A DNA stretch of 64,000 nucleotides from the human T2T-CHM13v2.0 reference genome, Homo sapiens, in NCBI RefSeq assembly GCF_009914755.1, contig NC_060935.1; one strand, 5' to 3'. Below the pieces are notes generated by a model. The model was not told the origin of the DNA. It saw nothing but the letters and a program-made list of their open reading frames with translations, and ran no database searches. Shown one piece after another: positions 1-16,091 of the stretch (its first letter is position 1; every line of letters begins with the position of its first letter). The position numbers and the translations under genes were made by a program.

Positions 1-1489
1 ACACAGGTAAACTTGTGTCATGAGGGTTTGTTGTATAGATCATTTCATCACCCAAGTATTAAGCCTAGTACCTATTAGTAGTTTTTTTCAATCTTCTCCC
101 TCTTCCCACCCTCCACCCTCCAAAAGGCCCCAGGGTGTGTTGCTGCCCTCCATGTGTCCGTGTGTTCTCATCATTTAGCTCCCACTTTTAAGTAAGAGCA
201 CTTGGTATTTGGTTTTCTGTTCCTGTGTTAGTTTGCCAAGGATAATCACATCCAGCTCTGTATGTCTCCGCAAAGAATATGATCTCATTTCTTTTTATGA
301 CTGCATACTATTCCATGGTGTATATGTGTTAATACCACATTGTCTTTTTTCAGTCTATCATTGATGGGGATTTAGGTTGCTTCTATGTCTTTGCTATTAT
401 GAATAGTGCTGCAATGAGCATACATGTGCATGTGTCTTTACAATAGAATGATTTCTATTCCTGTTTGTATGTACCTAGTAATGGGATTGCTGGGTCAAAT
501 GGTATTTCTTTCTTTAGGTTTTTGAGGAATCACCACACTGTCTTCCACAATGGTGGAACTAATTTGCACTTCTACCAACAGTGTATAAGCATTGCTTTTT
601 CTCCACAACCTCGTCAGCATCTGTTACATTTTGACTTTTTAATAATAGCCATTCTAACTGGTGTGAGATGGTCTCATTGTGGTTTTGATTTGCATTTCTC
701 TAAAGATCAGTGATGTTGAGCTTTTACTCATATGATTGTTGGTCACACATATGTCTTCTTTTGAGAAGTGTCTGTTGATGTCTTTTGCCCACTTTTTAAT
801 GTTTTTTTTTCTTGTAAATTTGTTTAAGTTCCTTATAGATGCTGGATATTAGATCTTTGTCAGATGCCTAGTTTGTTTGCAGAAATTTTCTCCCATTCTG
901 TAGGTTTTCTGATTATTCTATTGATAGTTTCTTTTGCTGTGTAGAAGTTCTTTAATTTAATTATATTCCATTTGTCAATTTTTGCTTTTGTTGCAATTGC
1001 TTTTGGCATCTTCATTATGAAATCTTTGCCTGTACCTATGTCTTGAATGGTATTGCCTAGGTTGTCTTCCAGGGTTTTTATAGTTTTGGGTTTTATATTT
1101 AAGTCTGTAATTCATCTTGAGTTAATTTTTGTATATGGTGTAAGGAAGGGTCCAATTTTACTCTTCTGCATAGGGCCAGCCCATTCTCCCAGCACCATTT
1201 ATTGAATAGGGAATCCTTTCCGCATTGCTTGTTTTTTTCAGGATTGTCGAAGATTGGATAGTTGTAGGTGTGCAGTCTTATTTTCAGTTTCTTCATTTTG
1301 TCTCATTTGTCTAAGTATCTGTTCTTGTACCACTACCATGCTATTTTGGTTATTGTAGCCCTCTAGTATGGTTTGAGGTTGAGTAATGTGATGGCTACAG
1401 CTTTGTTCTTTTTGCTTAGGATTGCCTTGGCTATTTGGGCTCTGTTTTCATTCCATATGAATTTTAACATAGTTTTTTTTTCTAGTTCT
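1..1489 (-). mobile_element. L1PA (old, L1PA13-16-like) 3' UTR plus ORF2 C-terminal part, 5'-truncated; 3' end runs off the window
   Basis: Antisense L1 3'UTR and ORF2 text (catttagctcccact, gggattgctgggtcaaatggta); ORF 1099-1296(-) '[12 protein letters not shown]' is ORF2p-like. Confidence 0.93.
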
Positions 1490-2826
1490 ACACAATGAAT
1501 TTTAATGGAATGGGGATGGGAGAATGGGGTATGCTCTCATTTAATCAATTTCTCTCCATTGGTTTCTTTATTTTGGCACAAAATATACTTAAGTCTTTAC
1601 AACTTTTTTAATATTTTTTTTTCAAACGACTTTACTTTTTAGTGTAGTTTTAGCTTTACAGCAAAACTGAGAGGGAAATACAGAGATTTTTCCTCTACCT
1701 CCCCTCCCTTACACATGCATAGCCTCCCTCATTATCAGCATCCGTCACCAGAGTGGTATATTTGTTACAACTGATGAACACACCTTGACAAATCATAATC
1801 ATTCAAAGTCCATAGTTCACCTTAGGATTCACTCTTTGTGTGGTACATTGATTTCCTATTTTCTTAATGATTTCCTGTTTTCAATTTCATTGATTTCTGC
1901 ACTAGTTCTTATTCTTTCTTTTCTTCTGCTTGCTTTAGATTTAATTTCCTGTTCTTTTTCTAGTTTCCTAACGCAGAAACTTAGATTTTCAATCTTTCTT
2001 TTTTTCTATTATAGATACCCCAATGCTGTAAATTTCCCTCTAAGCACTAATTTTGCTGCATCTCACAAATTTTGATAAATTGCATTTTCATTTTTATTTA
2101 GTTCAAAATACTTTAAATTTTTTTGAGGTTTCTTTTTTGACCATGGTGTTATTTATTATAAATGTGTTATTTAATCATGTTTGGTATTTCATAGTTATCT
2201 TTCTGTTCTGTTTAATTCCATTGTGATCTGAGAACAGACATTGTATAATTTCCATTTGTGTAGATTTGTTAAGGTGTATTTAATGGCCCAGAGTGTGGTT
2301 TATCTTGGTGAATGTTCCATGTGAGCTTGAGAAGAATGTGTATTCTGCTGTGTTTGGTTGATGGAGTTTATAGAAGTCCATTCTATCCAGTTGATTGATA
2401 TGCCCTTACTGATTTTCTGCCTTATGGATCTATCCATTTCTGAGAGGAATGTGTTGAAGTCTCCAACTATGATAGCAGATTCATCTGGTTCTCCTTTCAG
2501 TTCTGTCATATTTTTTGCCTCACATGGTTTGATGCTCTGTCGTTAGACATATACATGTTAAGGATTGTTCTGTCTTCTTGGAGAATTGACTGACACCTTT
2601 ATTATTATGCAATACTCTTTTTTATCTCTAATGTTCCTTGCTTTAAAGTCTTACTTGTCTGAAATTAATGTAACTACTCCTGCTTTCTTTCAATTAATGT
2701 TAGCATGGTATGTTTTTCTCCATCTATTTACTTTTAATTAGTATGTGTCTTTATATTTAAAGTGGGCTTATTATAGACAACATAAAGTGGAGTATTTTTT
2801 AAAAAATAACCGTGACGATCTCTGTC

Positions 2827-4535
<1,709 letters not shown>

Positions 4536-7169
4536 GACAATCTCTGTCTTTTAATTGGTATGTTTAGACCACTGATGTTTGAAACGATTATTGATATAGT
4601 TGAATTAATATCTACCATACTTGTTACTGTTTTCTATTTGTTGCCCTTGTTCATTTTTTCTATTTATATCTTCCACTCTTTTGTAATTTTGACTGAGCAT
4701 TTTGCATGACTCAATTTTCTCTTCTTTCTTAGTATATATATTTATATATATACTAAGCTATATTTCTTTTTTTAAACTTTTTAAAACAGTCATCCTAGAG
4801 CTTTACAACATATATATTTACAAGTAATCCAATTTCACTTTCAAACAACACTGTATTGCTTTATGGTTAGCACCAGTACTTTATAATTAAAAAATAATTA
4901 TAATTCTTCCCTCCTGTCAATTATATCATTGCTGTCATTTATTTTTCTTATATATGCATATATATGATATATATATACATAAGTGTGTGTAATAGTACTA
5001 TTATTTTGAATAAGCTGTTATTTGTTAGATCAATTAAGCCCAAGAATATAAAGTTTTTATTTTACCTTCCCTTATTCCTTCTTTGATGCTCTTCCTTTCT
5101 TTACCTAAATCCAAGTTTCTGGCCTAAATTATTTTCCTTCACTCTAAAGAACTCTTTTAACATTTCCCATAAGGCAAATTGCAGGAAATTCCTACTGGCA
5201 AGAAATTCCTTCAGTTTTATTTATCTGAGAATGTACTTATTTCGCTTTCATAGTTAAAGAATAATTTTACAAGGTACAGAATTCTAAGTTGGCATTTTTT
5301 TTTCTTTCAGCACTTTACATATTTTACTCCATTCTCTCCTTGCTTACATTGTTTCTGAGGAAAAGTTGGATGCCATTTTTATAATCATTGGCTCTCTGTA
5401 GGTAAGTTGTTTATTTTCTCTGGCTTCTTTCAGCATTTTTTCCTTACTTTTTTTAAATTTAATTTTTTTTGCATTTATCCTGTTTGGTGTTCTCTGACCT
5501 TCCTGGATCTGTGGTTTGATCTCTGACACTAATTTGGGGAGATTCTCAGTCATTATTTCTAAAAACATTTCTGCTGTTCCTATCTCTTTTTCTTTTCCTT
5601 CTGATATTACCGTTACATGTATGTTACACCTTTTGGAGTAGTCCCATAGTCCTTGGGTATTCTATGCTGTTTTTTCAGTCTTTATCTTTGTTTTTCACCT
5701 TTGAAAGTTTCCACTGATATATCCTCAAGCTGAGATTCTTTCCTTAGCTATGTCCAGTCTACCAATAAGCCCATCAAAGGAATTCTTCACTTTATTAGAG
5801 TGTTTTTGATCTTTAAATTTTTTGTGTGGGTTCTTTCTTAGGATTTTCATCTCTTTGCTTACATTGCCCAACTGTTCTTGCATGCTGTCTACTTTATCCA
5901 TTAGAGTTCTTAGTATATTAATTATATTTGCTTTAAATTCCTTCTTCTAATCATTCCAATATCTCTGCCATGTCTGGTTCTGATGCTTCTCCTATCTCTT
6001 CAAATTCTGCTCTTTGCTTCTTAGTGTATCTTTTAAGTTTTGTTGATAGTCAGACATCATGTACTGGATAAAAGGAACTGTTATAAATAGGTCTTTACAA
6101 TATAATGGAAAGGGGTGATGTAATGAAAGAGGGGAAGCATCAGTACTATGACTAGATTTCAGTCTTTTGGTGATCTTATACCTCTGGACTGTGAACTTCA
6201 CAAATGCTTCTCAGTTTCCTTTTTCTCCCTTAGGTGGGGCAGAATGGCTAGAATAGGTTGGAGTTGAGCATTTACCTTCTTCCAGGTGGAATGCTAGAGG
6301 TGACTCAAGTTGGGTATTTCCTTCCCCGCGAATCCTTAAGGCCCTGTTAATACTCCAGCAGGTTAGACTCTGGTTAACTAATTTTCCTGAGGGCAGAACT
6401 TGTTAAGAAGAACAGAGTGTTCTGCCATATTTTAAATCCTTCTTTTGCCAGAAGCATGAGGGGATTTTTTTTTCTGATGTTTACTATGAGGACATGGTCA
6501 AGAGCCTGGAGGTAGAACTCATGAAAATGTGGAGGCCTCTCCAAGACTTGGACCCCTGGAGATTTAAGTCTCATCCTTGTCTGCACTGGGATTCCAGCAA
6601 TTTGTTAACTACAGTTCAGGTTTTCCTAACCCAGTAATTGTTCCTATGGCAGTTTCCACTTGTGAGACTGACTCAGCTCCAATTAAACTGTGACTCCCCA
6701 TGTTTGCCTCTCTGTCTGTCCAACCTTGCAGCAAGCAGTTTCCTCTGTGTCCTTTCCCCTCTCTGGATCCAAGAAGAGTTGTTGATTTTTTCCCCCTCTG
6801 TTCAGCTTTTTAATTGTTGTTAGAGTGGGGTGGCTATTTCCAAGCTCCTTCCATGTGGAACCAGAAACCAGAAATCCAGGTTTTCATTATTCTAAAATAA
6901 AACTTTTTTTGCAGCATTCTTCCCTCTTGAGTTATCACTTACTAACTTCCCTCCACTTTCTTTTTCCATTCGTTGCCAACTTTTTGAGAAAGGAATTCAT
7001 ATTCATTGCCTCTACTTTTTCATTGCCTTCCCTTCTTGCTAACATGAATCCCTTCTATGATTTCCCAATGATCAAACGCAATAACTTTCACAATCAAGTT
7101 AAGGATGACTCTTTGTAGCATATGACTTGCCATTCTTCTCTTGGCAGCTATGAAACTATATGTCTCTTT

Positions 7170-7310
7170 TACTCATTCATTCATTAATTCACTCACTTCA
7201 CAAGTATATATAGGCTATCCAGGTTGTGTTAGCCACCATCTTAGGCATTGAAGGTATAAAATGAACAATTTAGATGTGCTTTCTATCCTTCTAAAGCCTG
7301 AATTTAGTTG
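7170..7310 (-). mobile_element. L2 3' end fragment
   Basis: cattcattcatt tail followed by degraded L2 3' sequence. Confidence 0.6.
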
Positions 7311-7939
7311 TGCTCCTATTTCTCTGACTTCTTTTTGATGTCTTCACTGGATCCTCTTTTCCTGCCAATATGTTTAATGTAGGCATCTCCTAAAGTCCTG
7401 TCATTTCTCTTTTCCTACCACATATGTGGGCAAAGACATGTGCACACAAACTGCACACATGCACACACACATATACATTCAAGATGTTGAGGAACAGAAA
7501 CATGACTTCAGATCCCATAAACGTTTGTTGAAAATGTGAATTTATGATTTTCCTAATACTGGATATAACTATAGCACTTGTATTACTCTTATTCTTACTC
7601 AAAATGAGGACTGTTCTATGATCTACGAATGAAACAGAGAGGGTTTGTTTTGTTTCCTGTGATAAATAGGTATGTGTTGAGTGAGTGAAAGGCAGAAGTG
7701 GATTTCAGAGGACTGTATCATTTATATGAAAAATAACTGAAGCAATTAGCAAATAATTATTGAGAACAGTTCAGTTTCCTGTTAAGAAGTGCTTAAAAGG
7801 GTAGCAAATTATAATTTTATCATAGAATTTTTCTTCCAAAGCATATCACAAAATAAGCAAAAAGAATTTGTTTGTTTGTTTGTTTGTTTTTAATCTCCTA
7901 TAGCCACCAAAGAAGGAAAGGAGCATACCCTAAGCTTGA

Positions 7940-8422
<483 letters not shown>

Positions 8423-8799
8423 ACCTAAGCCAAAATTTCAAAACCTGGTTACTTAGAGGGGAAACAATTCTGTAGAGTAGTAAAGAACAGTAATAGGGCT
8501 GCATTCTTCATCTCACTTCAAATCCTAGAGAATGAACTTCTGAAATGGCTAAATATAATTCTGCCCAATATTGCCTAATCTACAAAAAAAAAACCCAACA
8601 AAATGAGTAAGCATTTTCATTTATTTTTTCCTTATGATCAATAATTAGCATGAACTGCAGCTGGAGAGAAATAGGTGATAAAAAAATGAATGGTAAAGCT
8701 GCTTCTCTTATGGGAAGGAGGACTCTAGGCTATACATCAGTTCAAAGAGTGATCCAAAACTTGAAGGTCTTCTCCCACTAGAATAGTATACCATCCTTC

Positions 8800-9251
8800 A
8801 CCCCAACCAGAAGCAGAGAATCCCAGTATAGAACATATAATAAAATCTCAGAAGAGATAGAAAAAAATGAGCAAGATGAAACAAAATGGCATGGCAACTA
8901 TACAAAAATATAATAGCACAACGTGAAATCATGCATTGCATGCAAAAGAAAGAGACCAACCTAAATGCAAATATAACCTAATGGAACAGGAAGTAATTCT
9001 TTATAAAGGCTGCCTTCTATAGAACAAGTTAAGTAATGAAACAAGTGTTCAAAGATGAGATGACATATGAAATGAAGAGAGGTTTCATACATGAGAAGAT
9101 AAAATGAGAACCAAAAGCAATCAAATAAATTAAACACAAAAATTTAATCTGAGGATTAAAAAAGTCATCCTGTGTTCTTGGTAAATTTCATACTTAGCAT
9201 CAAGACTTATCTTTATTAAACTGTTACACTTCAAGGTTTCATGACGGCAGG

Positions 9252-9287
<36 letters not shown>

Positions 9288-9830
9288 CTGCGGTATCACC
9301 AATGCCTAAAACTGTGTCTGGCAAATTGTAGGTACTTAGTGAATATTCGTTGCATGCATAAAAGGATGAGGAACTTCAGATTTCTCTGCAGCCAGAAGAA
9401 AACAGATTAATGGAAGTTTTGAGAGTAAAAGTGATTCCAGAATTATACCCATCCAAAATAGTATTCTGAAATAAAGGCAGCAAACAGATATTATCAAATG
9501 TAATACAATATGGGGAACACAGCATTATTGAAAAAAGATCTTGAAATATAAATCTAGCCAGCTAAGAGATGAATCAAATAATTCATGAATGTAGAAACCA
9601 TAGTAAAAAGACTTGTGGGTAAGCATTGAATCAACTTAAGTATAAAACCAATATAAAATATGTCAGGTATTATGGTAACAGGAGAAGATGCAAAAATAGT
9701 AAAATATTAACAATGTAAAGATAAAAAAGAACTAAAAACTTTTTGAGAGATCAGAGGAGTAGAGAGGGAAAGAAGACTTAGTCTTCTTTAAAGCATAGCA
9801 TCAATGGATATTGAATAAAATGGATAATTA
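8800..9830 (+). mobile_element. Highly diverged L1M/HAL1 ORF1-region remnant
   Basis: A-rich; ccagaattatacccatccaaaatagtattc resembles the ORF1 'PRILYPAKLSF' segment. Confidence 0.5.
9238..9360 (+). mobile_element. L2 3' end with an expanded internal poly(T) (9256-9284)
   Basis: ggcaggga...tgcctaaaactgtgtctggcaaattgtaggtacttagtgaatatt. Confidence 0.7.
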
Positions 9831-10012
9831 TAGGTTTTAAAAAATATGACAGATTTTATTAATATTTCATACTCTTTTTTTAACCCTCATTTCCCACATT
9901 AAACCTTAAAGAGCTCTTTTGGAAAATAATATCTTTTGAGGAGAAATATTTTATTTGAATATGACATTCCTTCAATTTACTTGTTTTCTTTTAAAAAATT
10001 CCAAGAAAATAG

Positions 10013-10312
<300 letters not shown>

Positions 10313-10904
10313 CATTTAATTTTTAAGTAATTTCTCCATCCATTCATCCATCCATTCATCAATACATACATGTTTTAGTCTGTCTATCTGTAGTTGTATA
10401 GAAAATATCCTGAATTATCTTCTCCTAATATTAACAATAGTAATTTCTGGGTAGTGGAGTTTAAAGTGATTTTAAAACTTTTAGTCTTCTGGATTGCTTG
10501 ATATCTTATACTTACTTAGCATGTATCATCTTTTTAAAAGAATAGAGTTATTTTTCTTTAGAGTGAAGAAAGAAAAATAAAAGTTAATCTGCTAAGATGT
10601 TAACAGTAATTAATGCTGGGTATGGAAATCTCTTATTTTCATTTTCTTATTGTACTTAACTTTTTTTGTTTCTAAAAAGTGTTAGTGAAAGATTTTTTAA
10701 AAAGTCTTTACAAACTTGTTTAGTAAACAAAAGCAGTTACAAATGGGCATATTATGTAAGTTTCACTCTTCAGAATGAAATTTAAAATGAATTTTTCTCT
10801 AGGTTCCTTAATTTTAATAGTGGAGAGTTTGATAGTTAAATTGATGTTTAGTAAGAATAATCACAAGATCGCATTTGGGAACTGAAGGGAAAGGGAAAAA
10901 GGCA

Positions 10905-11110
10905 ATGGTCATTTCACGAATGCCTACTGTGTCCTCAGCAATGGACTAAGTCCTTTATTATCTCATGTAGTCTTCACAAAAAACCCAGGAGATGGGCACT
11001 ATTATTATTCCTGCTTTTGGAAATGAGGAATCTGAGGTTTTGAGACAGTAAATCACTTGCCAGGATTGTGTGAGGCAGGATTCTAACCCAAATTGTATAA
11101 CTTCAAAGCC
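10905..11110 (-). mobile_element. MIR
   Basis: Core aaatgaggaatctgaggtt...aatcacttgcc, ggattctaaccca. Confidence 0.8.
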
Positions 11111-12924
11111 CATTGCATTCATTCTCTCATTTAATTCTCATAATCTTTGGAGAATTTTCCCCCTTTAGATCAGGAAACTGAAATGTTAAAAGGTAAAATA
11201 ATTTCCCCAAATCACATGACAGAGCCACCACTTATGGGCTTTCCAGGGAGAGAGAGTGTGTGCGTGTGTGGTGTATGTGTGTACAATCACATATATGCTA
11301 CTGCAGAAACCGTATTTTATTTAAAAATTATTACTTTGATTTGATTTCTATCCATTTTTCTCTCCTCTTCACCCTTGCTTGGGAAATATGCTACGCAGAG
11401 AAATCATGATTCCTAAGACTTTCCTTAACAACCCTAGTAAACCTAGTAAACATGCCGAAGGCAATTTTCTTTCAAGATCAGAGCTCGCTTTGTGATTACA
11501 GAGCTTGTGGTTCTAGATGCGCTCCAGAAGTGAAAGAAACTAGAGAAGGGCAGAGAGTGTGAGGTTCTCACAGCATAACTAAACGCTATTTCTCTACTTA
11601 GTTCTTCAGCCTGGAAATATTTTTTGTCCTGAGGAAAACAAACAAACAAAAAAATCTTAATAAACTGTTTTTTTCTACCTGTTCAGATACTTCATTACTC
11701 TTTCTTTCTTTTCTTTCTTTTTTTAAGGCATATTCATACATACACAATTTTAAGATTTAGAATGAAAAGTTTCTACTGAAAGATGGACAGATCAGGAAAT
11801 GTTTTACAGTATAATTCTGTGAAGCAGTAGCCAAGTGCTGTGTTTGTGAATTAGAAAATAGAAAGTAACCTTGACGAGGCAATTGCTTGGAGATAGGTTC
11901 TGTGAAAATAAAAAAAGTTTGATACGTGTACAGAATATACTACAGTCAAATTACTTCAGCAATGAGCAAATAAATGAATATAGCTTTTATTTTCATGAAT
12001 GAAACGGACATAGTGGTTAGTAATGTATACTCTGATTTATCCTACGTGTGATAAACCCACATTCTGAGGGAATGGGCAGTGGAAAGAAACTCCTACCATG
12101 ATTTGAATTTGTTCTTTAGTTTCTTGGAGAGAATGACATGCCTTCCAAGAATCATAAATCGGAAAAAATAAATCAGAGATGCGTCTCTGAAATTTTAAAA
12201 CTAAAAAAACTTAAAACAAATTATTCTGCAAGCAAAATAGTAAATTTAGATTATCCAGTAACGGATCCAGCATTTAATTAATCCCAAACTGCAGATTATC
12301 TAAAAAGCAATTTATATTTGGTTTAGAAATGTGTTAATTTTTTGTAATACCAGTAGAGTTTCTTTGCTAATTGTCCTATATTTAGATTAATGTTAAAATG
12401 GATCTGATTTCCTACAATAGTGAATGTTGACTGCCTGATTCAGGGAGGCAACTGATCTAGGATTATAGCTTTGCAAATAGATTCTTCTCTGGGTAGCAAT
12501 TAACCTTGAATCTGTTCACTTCATTACTTTCATACCTAGAAGTAGGTTGGGCTAACAACAGCATTTTATGAAATGATCATTTGAAGAGACATTTTATAGT
12601 TGATTTAAAGTATGAATTATAAAAATGGCTTTATTCCAAAACAATCAAGAAAAATACCTGCTGGGGAGGAACAAGTGGCTAGTCCATAAAAATATTCTTA
12701 ATCTCCACAAGCATATTTATATGATTTTTTTCAGTCACTGTACATTTTAGGCATTTTCATGTACAATATTGCTATCCAATAACTCTTGACTACCTAGCAT
12801 TTTATTTATGCTAGAAACTTATTTAGCCTCAACAATACAAATTCAAAATCACCTAAATTTATGAATTTGCTCCTGGCACTTTCCTTCTGAGAACGATTAA
12901 TCCAAATCAGGGAACCTCTGTTCT

Positions 12925-13120
12925 TAGAGATCTTAAGTTTGCTTCCTGGCTCCATACCCTACATCTTAACTATGTAAACATGGGCAAATTACTTAACTGC
13001 TCTGTACTTCAATTTAGACATATTTAATACCTCAAGGGTTTGTTGACTTGGTATATATGAGATGAATGTAGGTACAAGCATGTTGTGTAATGCAAAGCAC
13101 TACACAAATGGTATTATTAT
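12925..13120 (+). mobile_element. MIR (MIRc/MIR3-like)
   Basis: tgggcaaattacttaac...tgtaatgcaaagcactacacaaatg. Confidence 0.7.
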
Positions 13121-14261
13121 GATCTTCTGTTTAATGTAGATGTTAATGTCCTGGAACCTTAGTTCTAGGTTAGGGGCCACAAGTTAATTCTGGAGTTCCT
13201 TGACTCTCTAAGCCTTGGGACAGGCACAGGATCTCCTGAGAGGAGAAGCAGAGGAGGGGAGGAGGAGAAGAAGGGGAGAAGGGATTCTTTCGTCTTTCCC
13301 AAGCCATATAAAAAGACCTTACAAAACCAGAGTATGCAAATATGAGTGAAACAACATGAATTCACATCCCTGTAAATTAAATTTGCCAGGACATTTCTTT
13401 CCTATGTGGGCTTTCTTTCCTATTATTAAGGCACTGTAGGCTGTTTCTACGGCTCCAGTGATAAAACATGGCAATGTTAAATTACTGAATGGCACCATAA
13501 CTCAAAGAACAGAGCAGGAAGTGAAGACTGATGAGAAAAGAAAATACTTATGTTTACACATGGAAATGCTTTAGTAATGAGTGAAAAAAATGGAAAGAAA
13601 TACAATATACATGATAGTTTAATGGGGTTTTTAGCAAATTAAATTTGCAGACATGTGCTTAAGCATGTGGCATTGCTTAAGGGCTTGCTTCATCAGGTTA
13701 GGTGATCAGACAGAGCCTTTGTTTGCACACTGTGTGTCGCAGGGAAGGGAGAGAAATACACATTCATTTTCTGAGGATCATATGATTGCTGAATTAAAGT
13801 ACCAATATATTTTCTTTTAAGTCCTTTGGTTAGAAAGAAATGTTAGGCATCATCCACACTGAATCCAAGGACAAGGTGAGAAAATAATGCTCTGTAGAAA
13901 GGAGTCATCAAATGAAGACATATGCAATGTATCACAGACTGTGTTGCTATAGGCACACTGTTGCTCTGTAGGAGGATGTTAAGAGGAGTCAAGATAAAAT
14001 TACAGCTGATACAGCATTTTTATGTTATCTTGACAAGAGCAACAGCAGGATTTAGCTTAACCAAATATTAACACTCTTTCCAAATGCTAATGAAATACAA
14101 GTACAGAAATTGGAGGATTCTGAATTTAAGTATTTTATTGGCAGACATTTCACATGCATATCTTGTTTTGTGCTAGAACACAGAAATAGACACAGAATGT
14201 ATTCACATTCCATGAATGGTCATAGTCAACTTGCTTCCCTTTAAGCCTCCAGATTTATGTT

Positions 14262-14416
14262 GGGAAAGAAAGAAAGGGAGAGGGAGAGAGAAGAAAAGGG
14301 AGAGAGGGAAGGAGAGAAAGGGAAAGAAGGAAGGAAGGAAGAAAAGAAGGAAGGGAAGGAAGGAGGGAGAGAGAGGGAGGGAGAGAGGGAAGGAAGAAGG
14401 AAGGAAGAAAAAAAAG
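14262..14416 (+). repeat. 155-bp pure-purine (GA/GGAA/GGGA) low-complexity tract
   Basis: No C or T read between 14262 and 14416. Confidence 0.95.
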
Positions 14417-15299
14417 CAAGAAAGAAGAAAATCATGTGCAAACAAGCATTCGTATACCAAACGTGTAAGTACTATTTGAAGGACTGATCTAAGATTGGGA
14501 GGTGGAGAAAGATTAGGTCTTTAAACACATTGCTAAGAAATACCCTATGGTGGAGAAGTAACACACAGAAGCACTTTCAGTCCTTTCTGCAGTACATTGC
14601 ATAATTGTAACTATTGTGGCTGCCTTTTCGTAAGGAAATAAACCTAATACAGATGAATATAGTATTAATAGCCTAATGGCCTAAAAAAGCATATGAGAGA
14701 GGGGCTCAGCATATTTAAATTTCAAAAATACACTTTTCCCAAACTGCAGATCGGTTGAGGAAAGTAATGCATAATACGATAGGCTGATTTGATCAAATTG
14801 TCTTACGGAGTATTTTTCACATAGTCTGATACGTTTTGCATGCCTCTGATAGTTCTGTGCTTTTAAAGTCTATTCGCTTCTCTGCAAAATAAAAATATTA
14901 TACTTTGACTTTAGAGAAATAGTTTTATGTATCTGTCCATTGCAACTATGGTCTGGTATATTAAAAATATCCTATCTATTTTACAGATCTCTCAACATGG
15001 TAGATTATACAATTATGTTTCAGCCCATTTAATTACTTTCAGGAAAAAAATATCATAAAGATTGGTCATCTCACAGAGCATTCCTGATATCGGACCTCAA
15101 ATCTAGAAGTGGGAAAAATGAAGAGAAGAGAATAATAGTGTTATATTATCCTTCCTTTTGGAGTTTAGTAAGCTCATCCTTACCTATAGGCCTTGTGTGA
15201 GAAAAATGTATGCACAAGGATGGCTGAGGAGTGGTTGCTACTCACTCAATTTACATGTTTTCTATGGAATATATTAAAGTAACTACATTTCCTTCGGGG

Positions 15300-15640
15300 G
15301 TACACCATCACCTCAAATACAACAGGTCTAAGTGAACACCTTCTCTTCCCTATTATGCTATTTGCCCTTCTTTTCTCTCGGTTGTACAACCATTCTATCA
15401 ATAACCGAAGGTCTAAATTTGACTCCTACCTTTCTCTTGATTTCCACATTGACTCAGAATGGAATACTGCTTCTTCTCCTTTTGAAATCCCTCTCAAATA
15501 TACATCTCCTTCCCCACTGCATACACACTTTCTCAGCCAGGCCTATAACATCTCTTGCTTTGGTTCTTAACAATTTCTAGCTGGTCTTCACACCTCCATT
15601 CTTTTCATATTTCGGCCACACAACAAACTACATAAAGTAA
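15300..15640 (+). mobile_element. L2 fragment
   Basis: cacctcaaatacaacaggtctaa; pyrimidine-rich L2 3' region. Confidence 0.65.
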
Positions 15641-15644
15641 TATT

Positions 15645-16091
15645 ACAGTTGCAGGTTCAGATTCCCAGGAAATAAACTCTGAGATGCTGAGATATACGTG
15701 CAAGAGGTTTATCAAGTGAATGTTCACAGGCACAAATCTGAGGGAGCAAAGGAAGCAGGATAGGACAGATAGAAATGCAGAAGTGGGATGCAGTTTGCAA
15801 CAGAGGCCTCAGCTGACCCCACAGGGAACTCTGAAGGGCTGGGACTTCAGAGATATCCACAATTGAGGCAAGAGGGCTGAGCTCTTGTAATCCCACATAG
15901 ACCAGTTATTAGATGTGGGCTTTCCTGCAAAAAGGGAGAATAACTTTGGGCAAAGTAGTACCCTTCCACAGAGGGCAAGGTCTGGGGGAGACACAGCTGT
16001 AAGTAATTAGCAGCAAATACTCCTGGCTATGGTATCATATGTGCCTTGGTCCTGAAAAAGAGCCTGGATGGTATACCAGAGAATTCACTAG
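15645..16091 (-). mobile_element. LTR16-family ERVL LTR (3' LTR of the provirus)
   Basis: ggaagcaggataggacaga...agaggcctcagctgaccccacagggaactctg; PPT-like sequence adjacent on the internal side. Confidence 0.8.

Noticed and set aside
14203-14487. Four overlapping Lys/Arg/Glu- or Phe/Leu/Ser-rich ORFs
   Set aside because: Artefact of the stop-free purine tract.
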